Source: Octopus bimaculoides (taxonomy: Eukaryota). From it: DNA of 46,304 nucleotides. The notes beneath the pieces are model-generated. The model saw only the letters and a program-made list of their open reading frames with translations. It did not search any database and was not told the origin of the DNA. Shown here piece by piece: positions 25,180 through 36,169 of the stretch; position 1 is the stretch's first letter, and the number at the start of each line of letters is the position of its first letter. The stretch covers positions 1,488,619 through 1,534,922 of the forward strand of contig NC_069001.1 of NCBI RefSeq assembly GCF_001194135.2, given 5' to 3'. Both the position numbers and the translations under genes were made by a program.

Positions 25180-25730
25180 CGAAAATGGAATAACAGAGAA
25201 TATCTGTGTTCAAAGTCTTGGGATTATCTGTTATTTCTGTTGCGATATATTGTTGATTATTCTATTTTTGTTTTTTTTAGTAGGTTCCTTCGCTTGTGGG
25301 GGTATGAAGACATTAATTCTGTGAGGCAATTTAATAATTTGGTATTTTTTTTTATTTTCTAAAGATCAATAGCTTTTCCATAAATATGAAAATGAAAAAT
25401 GAAATGTCATCAAGAGTGTTTATAGAATTGGGATTATGTTATTTCTGTTGGGATCTTTCGAATCTTTTTAGTAGGGATATTCATGTGTGCGAGTACGAAG
25501 AAATGAATTTTTTGGTTCAAGATTGACAGCTTTTCCATAAATATGAAAATGAAGATGAAATGTCAGTGTTTATGGTTTGGTGGGGGGGTCAGGTGTTATT
25601 TCGATTGGGATGCATCTATGTTTTTTTTTTTTTTTTGCCTTTTGGTAGGTATCTTCACATGTGGGAGCATGAAGAAATTAATTCTGCGAGGCAATTTAAT
25701 AATTTGGCATATTTTTGTTGAAGATTGGTA
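25180..25730. repeat. Degenerate tandem triplication (units of about 160-210 bp)
   Basis: Recurrent TGTTATTTC..TTG (three times), TTAATTCTG.GAGGCAATTTAATAATTTGG (twice) and AGCTTTTCCATAAATATGAAAATGAA.ATGAAATGTCA (twice). Confidence 0.8.
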
Positions 25731-25779
25731 ACTGCCCCTTAGTGCAAAGATTACAAAATCTTGATTGCATGCTAACAAT

Positions 25780-26048
25780 GTACAGTTTGTTCCACTGAAA
25801 ACAGGTACCATGAGTTGATATTTTTTGTCCTATGAGGTACTATGGGAGGTAGAGTTTGTCCTTGTAGGAATAGGTGCCATGAATTGGTGTTGATTGCCTG
25901 AGTTGTGAACAGTATTATGTGAGGTACAGTTTGTCCTAGCTATAAATAAGTACCATGAGTTGGTACTGTATATTCTAGGTATTAAAGGTATTATGTGAGG
26001 TACAGTTTGTACATAAGAGTAAACAGGGACCCATGAACAGGTACCATG
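25780..26048. repeat. Four-unit minisatellite, periods 69/75/76 bp
   Basis: GTA(C/G)AGTTTGT at 25780, 25849, 25924 and 26000, each followed by a GTACCATG-like motif. Inter-motif segments are variable. Confidence 0.85.
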
Positions 26049-27897
26049 TGTCAGCATCCATCACTTCTACAAAGAAACAAGGCATTTACATAACAGACAA
26101 GTGTTTCATCAGGTGCAACAGACTGAGCTGAACTCCAGCTCAATACCCAAAAGGGTTTACTGGAGAAAAGATAGATCCAGCTCTTACCTACCAATAACTT
26201 CCACCCCAAAGCACCAAATGCCCCCACTTCACGCCATCCATTTCTCCCTTTCCTCACTGAACTGAATGCAGCTAATCAACCCCATTGATGTGACACGACA
26301 TGAAAGATAAGCAAAGTATGGAGGGGATTCAACTAGCGATGATGTTACGATGCTCTCTAATGAGGCAACATTGAGTGAGCATCTGGCAACACTTTCATCT
26401 GTCTTGTGTCTCTTCATTTACTGACCGTTTCCTTCTTGATTTAGTTGTGTGTGCTCCCTTTTTTGTTCTCTCTTTTTTCTTTCTCTCTCTCTCTTCTGCA
26501 TAAGGCGCTAATTTGTAATTTGAGACTTCCTCAATCTTGCGGAGTTTTCATCTTCATATTTTGGTATTTTCATGTTTCTTTTTTTTCTTTAATTTTCATT
26601 CGATTGTGACATTTTGTGAAGAATAAAATCATTGGTTACCGTTTTCCCATTGGTCCAGTTATTGGTTCGTTGCATCTGTGATGGAGAGAATGATAAGTGA
26701 ATGTCTAGGAAACTTGGGCAGAACAAATGTTACAAGGTATTTTGATAGCAAGGTTTTTTTAAATTTTGAATCAAAACCACCAATGCCTAGATTTTGTGGC
26801 CAGTTTTTTTTGTTTTTTCTTTACATTATTTGCTGCTGCTGCTGATGATGATGATGACAGTGATGATGGAAACAATGACGACCATGACAACAACAACAAC
26901 AAGGCTGATGATATATAATAAGGAATGTGGCATGAGGAAAGATCCAATTTATGGCTTTGGGGTGATGATAATAATAATAATTTCACCTTAAACTAAATGA
27001 TGGTGGATGGAAGTTTAATGGAATGGTAGAGTATCAAGTTCATGTCAGGACTGACAGGCAGTGGGGCAGCGGTGGTGGCGGCGGCGGTGGTGGGGCTAGT
27101 AGTGGCACCAGCGGTCATGGTGGCAGTGGGGCAAGAGTTATCCCAGTTTGTGTGTGTCCGTGTCATAGTCACTTACAGACAATGCGCATGTGCAACGGAA
27201 GACAAATACTCACACACACACATACACACATGTGCATATACACATATGCATGAACAGAGATGCAACACTTGTATGTACGTGCACAGATATATCCATATAC
27301 ACACATAGACACGCGCACACACACATGCACGCATGCACAAAGATACAAACAATAGTTTACATGTGTGTATAGACACATTATACATGCACACACATATACA
27401 AACATATGCATAGAATCATACACATATACAGACACATGCATAGAATCATGCTCATACACGCACATGCATAGAGACACAGCCATGCATGTACTTGTACACA
27501 AAGAGACTCACCTATACACACACATACACACACATGCACAGACATACCTATACATGCACACACATGCATGTGTATCCACACATATTCATACACATGCAAA
27601 AAGACAAATATATATACATATATATACACACATGCATGGGAGAAGTCAACTTCTGACTGAATAAGACCACTTCCTAGATTCCATTAAGTCCATGCAGACA
27701 TTCCAAGAGTTCATGCAGTTCCTGTGCAGGAATTTGTTCTGAGTAGATAAAGTGTTGCACAGCACTGAATCCACTTGTCAGCGCCAATCAGCTGCAAAAC
27801 CAGCTGCACAACAGGAGAGGTTGAGACAACCAACAGCACCTCAATTTTTTTAATACAAATTTACCTCCTCCAAGAATATGTGTATGTCTGTATATAA

Positions 27898-27929
<32 letters not shown>

Positions 27930-28296
27930 TAATGTAACTACATGCAGCTCGTTGGTGATTTTTCCTCTTCCTCCTTTTTTGGACTTTTTCCTTTCTCCTT
28001 TCTGATCAAGAGCTATGCACAAAATGTTAAACTCTCTCCTTTCACTGAGCGTCAAGCTAATACACTTCTTTGTGCATCTCCTCATGTTCGTTGTTTTTCT
28101 TTTTCATTTTTATCTGTTTATTTGAAAATATATATATATACTTGTAATATAAGGATAACATTTTTCAAAAAACAATTATTATCAGTGACCAGCATATTAA
28201 GATACATTTTAAGGTGAAAATTACAAACAATTATAAATAAGGGCTAAAGAAAAAAAATTTCTATACCAATGTGCTGAAAAATAGGCCTTAGATTGT

Positions 28297-28707
28297 CTAA
28301 CCACTTACAATATTTTCTACTATAAATACACACATGTTGAAAGCAAACTCTACTCTCTCCAGCGCCTACCTTAAATGTCATTTTAAAAATAAAATCACAC
28401 AATTGAAGTCTCAAAGCTACAAGATAATCCATGATTAATTCAAAACCATGTGAATAGATAAGCATTGCATTTGATAATCTGAATACTAAAAGGGTTAAAC
28501 TGGCCATGTCTCACTAAAATATTCTCCCTGTTTTGTGGTCAAACTGACCAGATCAGGTCTCTCACACCTACCCAACACCATCATTCCAAAAATGAACTAT
28601 CGCATCATTCAGATCTCAAGGCTACGAGATAATGCATGATTAATTAAAAACAATGTGAATAAATAAGCATTATGTTTGAAAGAATTACCTGAATGCTGAA
28701 TGGTGAA
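28297..28707. mobile_element. Two head-to-tail copies of the 5910-6130 TTAA MITE family, in the opposite orientation, joined at TTAA 28495-28498
   Basis: Both contain GCTAC(A/G)AGATAAT.CATGATTAATT.AAAAC.ATGTG. The first ends CTAAAAGGG|TTAA; its left end is uncertain. Confidence 0.75.
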
Positions 28708-29037
28708 GGCAACCAAGGTTAGAGCCAATCAATGAGATCAATAAAGATTGATTGACACAGGTTAACGAGGAAGACATGAAGCAATGAAGTGCTTTCTACA
28801 TTGTTGCTTGATCTACAAGAACAACAAACAAAAAAAACCCAGCCAAATCTCCCTCCAACCACTTACATACTGATGATGATGATGATGATGATGATGAATG
28901 CAATTCAGGTTACAATATTCCTGAAAATAAGCAGTGATGATCATGGCCAGAAGGTCTTTCATCATAAAACTAATAGTGTCACAGCTGACTCGTGGCTAAA
29001 CAAAAGTAGCAGGATTACGACGCCCACAATAATGAGT

Positions 29038-29070
<33 letters not shown>

Positions 29071-29124
29071 CATGTGTGAGTGTGTGTATGTATATTGCCA
29101 GATAGATAGATATAAATATATATA

Positions 29125-29344
29125 CGAGGGAGTGCTGAAAATTTCCTGGCTTTAAGGGTATTGTGAGAGGCCTAGGTGGATGCCCAACCTTTGAGTTCTT
29201 TTATAGGGCTTAGAAAAACTGAAGGACCTCTGCAATAAATATGTGAATCTGAAAGGGGAATATGTTGAATAAAATCATAATTAACTGATCCTCCTCTATT
29301 TTCTTTCTTTTACCCAAAGCCAGGATCTTTTCAGCACACCCTCA
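29125..29344 (+). mobile_element. Mariner-derived MITE (irritans/Hsmar2-type TIR), 220 bp
   Basis: TA on both sides (29123-24, 29345-46). 29-bp TIRs CGAGGGAGTGCTGAAAATTTCCTGGCTTT with 25/29 match. Internal GLEKLKDLCNKYVNLKGEYVE* resembles a transposase C-terminus. Confidence 0.9.
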
Positions 29345-29349
29345 TATAA

Positions 29350-29822
29350 CACATGATCGACCAGACTGTTGGATGTTGTTATACACTGCTGGTCACAATG
29401 CACTTTGCATTGTTTTAGCTTTCAAATGCTGCCCCCCCCCCTCTGATTAGGTGAGCAGGCCAATATTCCACCCTGATCAGAAGGCTGCTCCGTTGCAGGG
29501 CTAACTATTTGCACCTGAGTGAACTGGAGTAACATGAAATAAAGGGTTTTACTCAAGAACACAATGCACTGCCTGGCACTAGTGTAGCTAGGGGTGGGGG
29601 CGGTCGGTGCAGTCCGCCCCAGGCGACACTTTTAAAGGGGCACCACTTTTGGGTCTGCTGTAGGAAATATGTGTTTTTTGTGGGGGCTCCAGGGACAGTA
29701 AATGGAAGGGCCGCCCTGGGTGGCACACACTGTAGCTACACTAGTGCTGCCCAGTCCAGGAATTGAACGCATTGATTCAGTCATCAAGAGGGCAACATGC
29801 CAACCACTTGGCCTTGTGCCTT
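29350..29822 (-). mobile_element. SINE family C, near full length, interrupted by a hAT MITE
   Basis: Minus-strand A-box-like GGCCAAGTGG and B-box-like GCGTTCAATTCC. Body matches 18570-18760. Confidence 0.8.
29577..29746. mobile_element. hAT-type (Tip100-like) MITE, 170 bp, with 8-bp TSD
   Basis: Perfect 14-bp TIRs CACTAGTGTAGCTA / TAGCTACACTAGTG. Flanks CTGCCTGG (29569-76) and CTGCCCAG (29747-54). Confidence 0.88.
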
Positions 29823-30010
29823 CTCTCTCTCACACACACACACTCATGTATATTTATAGTGTGTTATGTATTAAATAAAAATAATATTTCACTTCAGTTC
29901 AATACATCATGTTAATTAAGATGTCTCAAGGACTTTATTTAAAAGTGGCTTCTTGTTCATAAATAGCTTTTCCTATATATCTATCTACACACACACACAT
30001 ATGTATAATG

Positions 30011-30077
<67 letters not shown>

Positions 30078-30626
30078 TATATGTACATATGCATATACAC
30101 ACGCACACATTTATATGTGTGACGGTGTGTATATAATATGTATGTATAGAACATGTATGTATATATTAAAGGAACCTGCTGTAGGAGGGATATAAATATA
30201 GCACACATGCTATTAATACATCTGTTATTTATAATTGTGGTCTATTTAGGGGGTGCGGGGAGTCACGAATGTTTTGTGTGAGTGTATGTGTGTGTGTGTG
30301 TATGTGTGAGTCTGTGTACGTTTGTATATGTGTATGTGTGTGATTTTTGGAATTGTGATGTGTTATAATCAATGTGTATGCTTATGTGTGTGTGTGTGTG
30401 TGTATGGTAGTGAGTGTATATATGAATGACAATGTATTGCGGTGTAAGTATATATGCATGTCTGCTTATGTTTGTATGTCTATATGAATGATGATGTCAT
30501 AATGAGTGTGTGCGTATGCACTTGTACATGTGGGGTGTGTCTGTGTTGTGTGTCTATGAGTAACAACGTGATACATCGCATGTGTATGTATGGATGTGTG
30601 AACATATTACTCTGTATGGGTGAATG

Positions 30627-30681
<55 letters not shown>

Positions 30682-32240
30682 GAATATCAAATATATAGAT
30701 ATATATGATGTATACATATATGTATATATGGATGTATATATATATATGTATATATATGCATACATATACATATATATNNNNNNNNNNNNNNNNNNNNNNN
30801 NNNNNNNNNNNNNNNNNNNNNNNNNNNNNNNNNNNNNNNNNNNNNNNNNNNNNNNNNNNNNNNNNNNNNNNNNNNNNNNNNNNNNNNNNNNNNNNNNNNN
30901 NNNNNNNNNNNNNNNNNNNNNNNNNNNNNNNNNNNNNNNNNNNNNNNNNNNNNNNNNNNNNNNNNNNNNNNNNNNNNNNNNNNNNNNNNNNNNNNNNNNN
31001 NNNNNNNNNNNNNNNNNNNNNNNNNNNNNNNNNNNNNNNNNNNNNNNNNNNNNNNNNNNNNNNNNNNNNNNNNNNNNNNNNNNNNNNNNNNNNNNNNNNN
31101 NNNNNNNNNNNNNNNNNNNNNNNNNNNNNNNNNNNNNNNNNNNNNNNNNNNNNNNNNNNNNNNNNNNNNNNNNNNNNNNNNNNNNNNNNNNNNNNNNNNN
31201 NNNNNNNNNNNNNNNNNNNNNNNNNNNNNNNNNNNNNNNNNNNNNNNNNNNNNNNNNNNNNNNNNNNNNNNNNNNNNNNNNNNNNNNNNNNNNNNNNNNN
31301 NNNNNNNNNNNNNNNNNNNNNNNNNNNNNNNNNNNNNNNNNNNNNNNNNNNNNNNNNNNNNNNNNNNNNNNNNNNNNNNNNNNNNNNNNNNNNNNNNNNN
31401 NNNNNNNNNNNNNNNNNNNNNNNNNNNNNNNNNNNNNNNNNNNNNNNNNNNNNNNNNNNNNNNNNNNNNNNNNNNNNNNNNNNNNNNNNNNNNNNNNNNN
31501 NNNNNNNNNNNNNNNNNNNNNNNNNNNNNNNNNNNNNNNNNNNNNNNNNNNNNNNNNNNNNNNNNNNNNNNNNNNNNNNNNNNNNNNNNNNNNNNNNGGT
31601 GGGGGTGGTTATGTTTACAATCAGTCAAGCTGCTGCTTACGTATTCTTCAAGGAGTGCCTCCTATTGTACTGCATCTGCCACTCACTTCACTCCCCTTCC
31701 TCCCACCCTTTCAGTTCTCCTTAAACCTCATCCCCCCCCTCCACCGCCACCAGCTGCTCCGTCTCCCACTCACCTCTCTCCTTCTTGCTCTCCACTCACC
31801 CCGCTCCCCTCCTATCTCCCTCTGCTGTGTGTGTGTTTATGCATATGAATGTGTGTGTGTATGCCCATGAGTGTATGTGTGTGTTTGTACGTGTACGTGT
31901 GTGTATGTGTGTGTGTGTGTGTGTCTCCCTCCTTATACTACACTTGATATATTGATGTGTGTCAGGGTGGTGGTGAGAGGAGGTGTTCCCTTTTCTTACA
32001 GCTGACACTCTGTATTCTATTGTTCTTCCCTCTCTCTCTCTCTCTCTCTCTGCCTTCCTTCTTTCTTTCTTTCTTTCTCCTCCTCTCCTTCTATCTCTCT
32101 TTCTCTTCTGCTAAAAAAAGTGTAGGGGTGATGGTGGTTGTGGTGGTGTGTGTAGACATACATATTTATGTGTATATGACTGTGTGTATTATATACATAC
32201 ATACTGTATATATACATATATAAATTTACATACTCATGTA

Positions 32241-32295
<55 letters not shown>

Positions 32296-33130
32296 NNNNN
32301 NNNNNNNNNNNNNNNNNNNNNNNNNNNNNNNNNNNNNNNNNNNNNNNNNNNNNNNNNNNNNNNNNNNNNNNNNNNNNNNNNNNNNNNNNNNNNNNNNNNN
32401 NNNNNNNNNNNNNNNNNNNNNNNNNNNNNNNNNNNNNNNNNNNNNNNNNNNNNNNNNNNNNNNNNNNNNNNNNNNNNNNNNNNNNNNNNNNNNNNNNNNN
32501 NNNNNNNNNNNNNNNNNNNNNNNNNNNNNNNNNNNNNNNNNNNNNNNNNNNNNNNNNNNNNNNNNNNNNNNNNNNNNNNNNNNNNNNNNNNNNNNNNNNN
32601 NNNNNNNNNNNNNNNNNNNNNNNNNNNNNNNNNNNNNNNNNNNNNNNNNNNNNNNNNNNNNNNNNNNNNNNNNNNNNNNNNNNNNNNNNNNNNNNNNNNN
32701 NNNNNNNNNNNNNNNNNNNNNNNNNNNNNNNNNNNNNNNNNNNNNNNNNNNNNNNNNNNNNNNNNNNNNNNNNNNNNNNNNNNNNNNNNNNNNNNNNNNN
32801 NNNNNNNNNNNNNNNNNNNNNNNNNNNNNNNNNNNNNNNNNNNNNNNNNNNNNNNNNNNNNNNNNNNNNNNNNNNNNNNNNNNNNNNNNNNNNNNNNNNN
32901 NNNNNNNNNNNNNNNNNNNNNNNNNNNNNNNNNGCTAACGCAAACTCTCTCTCTCTTTCCCTCTCTTTTTCTTGTTTCTCTCTATATCTCTCTCTGTCTC
33001 TGTCTCTCTCACTCTATCTCCCCCTCCACATGTTTTCAACTGTCTCCCCCCCCCAATCGACTGGCTCTGGCACTTACCCCTCTTTAACTCTTCCTTCATC
33101 TTACCTCTTCTATCTTTTTGCTTTCTATAA

Positions 33131-33161
<31 letters not shown>

Positions 33162-33521
33162 GCACACACTGACATTTATACACACAGACATATACATATC
33201 ACCATTACATACGTGCATGTCTCTCTATATAATATTCACATATGCAAGAATACATTTAAATATACGCAGACATTTATATATGCATATATACATATACATA
33301 TAAGTATACATGTGTATGTATGCATATATGCATATATAGTTGCACCCATGCACACACACATGCATATATACATATCATGTATATGCATGATTCTATGTAC
33401 ATTCATGCAAGCATATATAGTTGCATACATGCATATATACACACATGTACAAATATATATATATATATTCTTTTATTGGCTTCATACCAGATATATATTT
33501 GTATTTGTGTGTCCGCATGCA

Positions 33522-33555
<34 letters not shown>

Positions 33556-34021
33556 TGTGTGTTTGTGCATACATCTGTATGTAGTTAATAGCATGTTTCG
33601 AAGAGTTATCACAGACATGAAGAATCTGAAAGAACGGGATACCTTTGTTAGAGGAAACATGTTCAGGATTAAAGCTCTGGCTTAGAGCATTCCAGTATTT
33701 AGATTTTTCCAGCTCCTACTTTGGACATTCCTCAGATTGCATTGGTTTGTACAGCAGGGACCTTCTCTAAGTTAGAGTCTATAGGTATGGTTCAACACAT
33801 TGTTGACTTCCTGTTTGCATAAAGGTTAGGGTCTATGGTCTATGAACTTCTGGCTTTGCAGATATTTAGTCAGAAGGAAGAGACAAGCACAGATGTCTTG
33901 CTATGAAGGAGATACATGGCTACTCTACATTATACAAGGGATGATGTGAGTAAAGTGAAGGGAGTTAAAGATGGTGGATCAAACACTTTGACAGGATCCA
34001 GTAATCCACAGAGCTATGTCA

Positions 34022-34310
34022 GGTTTTGGCATGGTTTCTATGCCTGGATACTCTTCCTGACCCCAACCACTTTACAGTGTGTACTGGGTGCTTTTTATGT
34101 GGCATCAGCACTCGTGAGATTGCCAAGGAATTTGCAAGAGAAAGTGAAGAAAGGAAAAGGAAATGGGAAACGGGGCCCTTGACTAAATGGAAGTGTATCT
34201 GAGTGACATGTCTTTATGCCAAGTGTTGAAGGTTAAAGTATGATGGAAGGACAGGCATCGAGGTCTTGTCATAGAGGAGATACATGACTATCCCACATTA
34301 TGTAAGGGCG
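34022..34310 (-). mobile_element. Family D retroposon copy, with a partial upstream duplicate at about 33892-33940
   Basis: Reverse complement of 11210-11290. GTCTTG..AT..AGGAGATACATG.CTA...CACATTAT..AAGGG is present at both 33892 and 34260. Confidence 0.65.
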
Positions 34311-34667
34311 GTTGAGAGTAGCTGGGAGGGCGATGGTGGTGCCAGGGTACCTGCAATAATGTTCCCCATGTTAGTCATGTAGCTATCGATATATATTTTA
34401 GGCTATGTAGCATATTTGGTTATCTTGGACTTTTTTTGGTTTTGAAAATTCTATTCCATTGATGAATCATTGATTATTTAAAAACAATATTTTAAACTCT
34501 TAAAGCTCAATATAGACTACGTAAGAGGGATGCTGTAGTCTTGTAAAATAGAAATGAATGCTGTACACTTTGAATGTTTGCATGAATATTGAACAGTTTT
34601 TTTTTTTTGTATAAAACTAATTGATTCTGGCATCCAAGGACACACACATCACGCATGCACACACGCA

Positions 34668-34723
<56 letters not shown>

Positions 34724-34725
<2 letters not shown>

Positions 34726-34814
34726 GAATTTGCTTCCCTATCATCTGATTTCAGGTTTAAGGCCAACCAAACCTTTGCAAATGGACTTGGCAGCTGGAAA
34801 CTGATAGAGACCCA

Positions 34815-34818
<4 letters not shown>
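34724..34818 (+). mobile_element. Internally deleted SINE family A head
   Basis: AAGAATTTGCTTCCC...TTCAGGTT joins directly to GCCAACCAAACCTTTG...GGAAACTGA, followed by (TG)n. Confidence 0.55.
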
Positions 34819-34847
<29 letters not shown>

Positions 34848-34865
34848 TGTGCATGTGTGTGTATA

Positions 34866-35036
34866 GGTGCAGGCATGTCTGTGGATTTAGAAGCTTGATT
34901 CCTAACCATGTGATCATGTGGTGTCATGTTTGGTCCCACTGTGTGGCACCTTGGGCAAGTGTCTTCTACTATGACCCCATACCAACCAAAACCTTATGAA
35001 GAAATTTGGTAGAGTGGACAGTGAAAAATGACCCAT
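34866..35036 (+). mobile_element. SINE family A head followed by a non-A downstream sequence
   Basis: GGTCCCACTGTGTGGCACCTTGGGCAAGTGTCTTCTACTAT is present. The sequence after the microsatellite does not match the A tail. Confidence 0.8.
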
Positions 35037-35357
35037 AATATATATGTGTATGCGTGCATGCGTGTATGTGTTTGTGTGGACCCTCTTATCTTGACATCAA
35101 GTGATGCTGGAAACTGAGCATCACCATCATCATCAAAGAAGCAATGCTTTTCATTTCAAGTCTTCTACAAAAACATGTCTGGTCAGGGTCTAAGATACAA
35201 CACATTAAAAACCTAACGGTATATCATTCCCCCCCCCTCCCTGAAGAGATTTTGCCTAATATAATGATTTTAATAATTGCTATTTAATCTTTTAGGCTGA
35301 ATTGAAACAGCTGTAAGGGATTAAATTTGATTTTTGCAGATAATAAATTTTAATTAA

Positions 35358-35415
35358 ATGCTGCTAAGCATTTTGTCTGGCATGCATGTTCACAATTCTG
35401 CCAGCTCACCACCTT
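35358..35415 (-). mobile_element. SINE family B 5' fragment
   Basis: GCTAAGCATTTTGTCTGGCATG...ATTCTGCCAGCTCACCACCTT is the reverse complement of the B head. Confidence 0.55.
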
Positions 35416-35443
35416 GTATGTNNNNNNNNNNCTTACCACCTTG

Positions 35444-35489
<46 letters not shown>

Positions 35490-36008
35490 ATAGCATTTCT
35501 GTACATTCTCGTTGGTTACTTAGTATACTTATCTTCTGAAACTTATGTTTTCTGTTTCTGTTTTTTTATACTTAATATTGTATTAGTTTTTTTTTTTTTT
35601 ATTTAAACTACTTTTTCCTTTTGATTGTGGATAAACTCAACTTGACAATACATTCCTGGTCTTCAGCACCTGAGGCATAATGTGTAGCTTTAAAAAACAC
35701 GTCTTTATCACTTGTAAATTTTTGGTGTTACATTGACCAATCAGATCTACTGACAACATACTAACAACCTATGCCTCACTTGTACATTTTAAAAACATTT
35801 TATTTATTTACCTATTTTATTTTATTTTATGCTTATTTTCCTCTCTTTTTTAGATACTTAAAAAAATTTTTTTTATTCACTATATCTAATATTTATATAT
35901 TTTATTCCATTACTGAAAAACAGAAATGATTTTTTGGTAAAAATCAAACACACACATACATACATACACGTGCACATGCACAACCCATGCACATTTCATG
36001 CATGTGTG

Positions 36009-36043
<35 letters not shown>

Positions 36044-36096
36044 TGTGCATGTGTGTGTCTTTGTGTATGTATATGTGTGTGAATATATACTGATGC

Positions 36097-36169
<73 letters not shown>

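Noticed and set aside
25780-26048. CRISPR-like repeat-spacer look
   Set aside because: Eukaryotic context, degenerate repeats, spacers that contain conserved motifs, and no cas genes.
26301-26324. miR-1-like string TGAAAGATAAGCAAAGTATGGAG
   Set aside because: Only the 3' AAGTATGGAG matches. The seed differs and no precursor hairpin is evident.
33590-33860. Unique-looking island with short open frames
   Set aside because: Stops in all frames, no recognisable motif, and adjacent to family D fragments.
35405-35448. Direct repeat CACCACCTTGTATGT / TACCACCTTGTATGT resembling a TSD
   Set aside because: It flanks a 10-N gap, so it is probably an assembly overlap. The same applies to 39669-39823.
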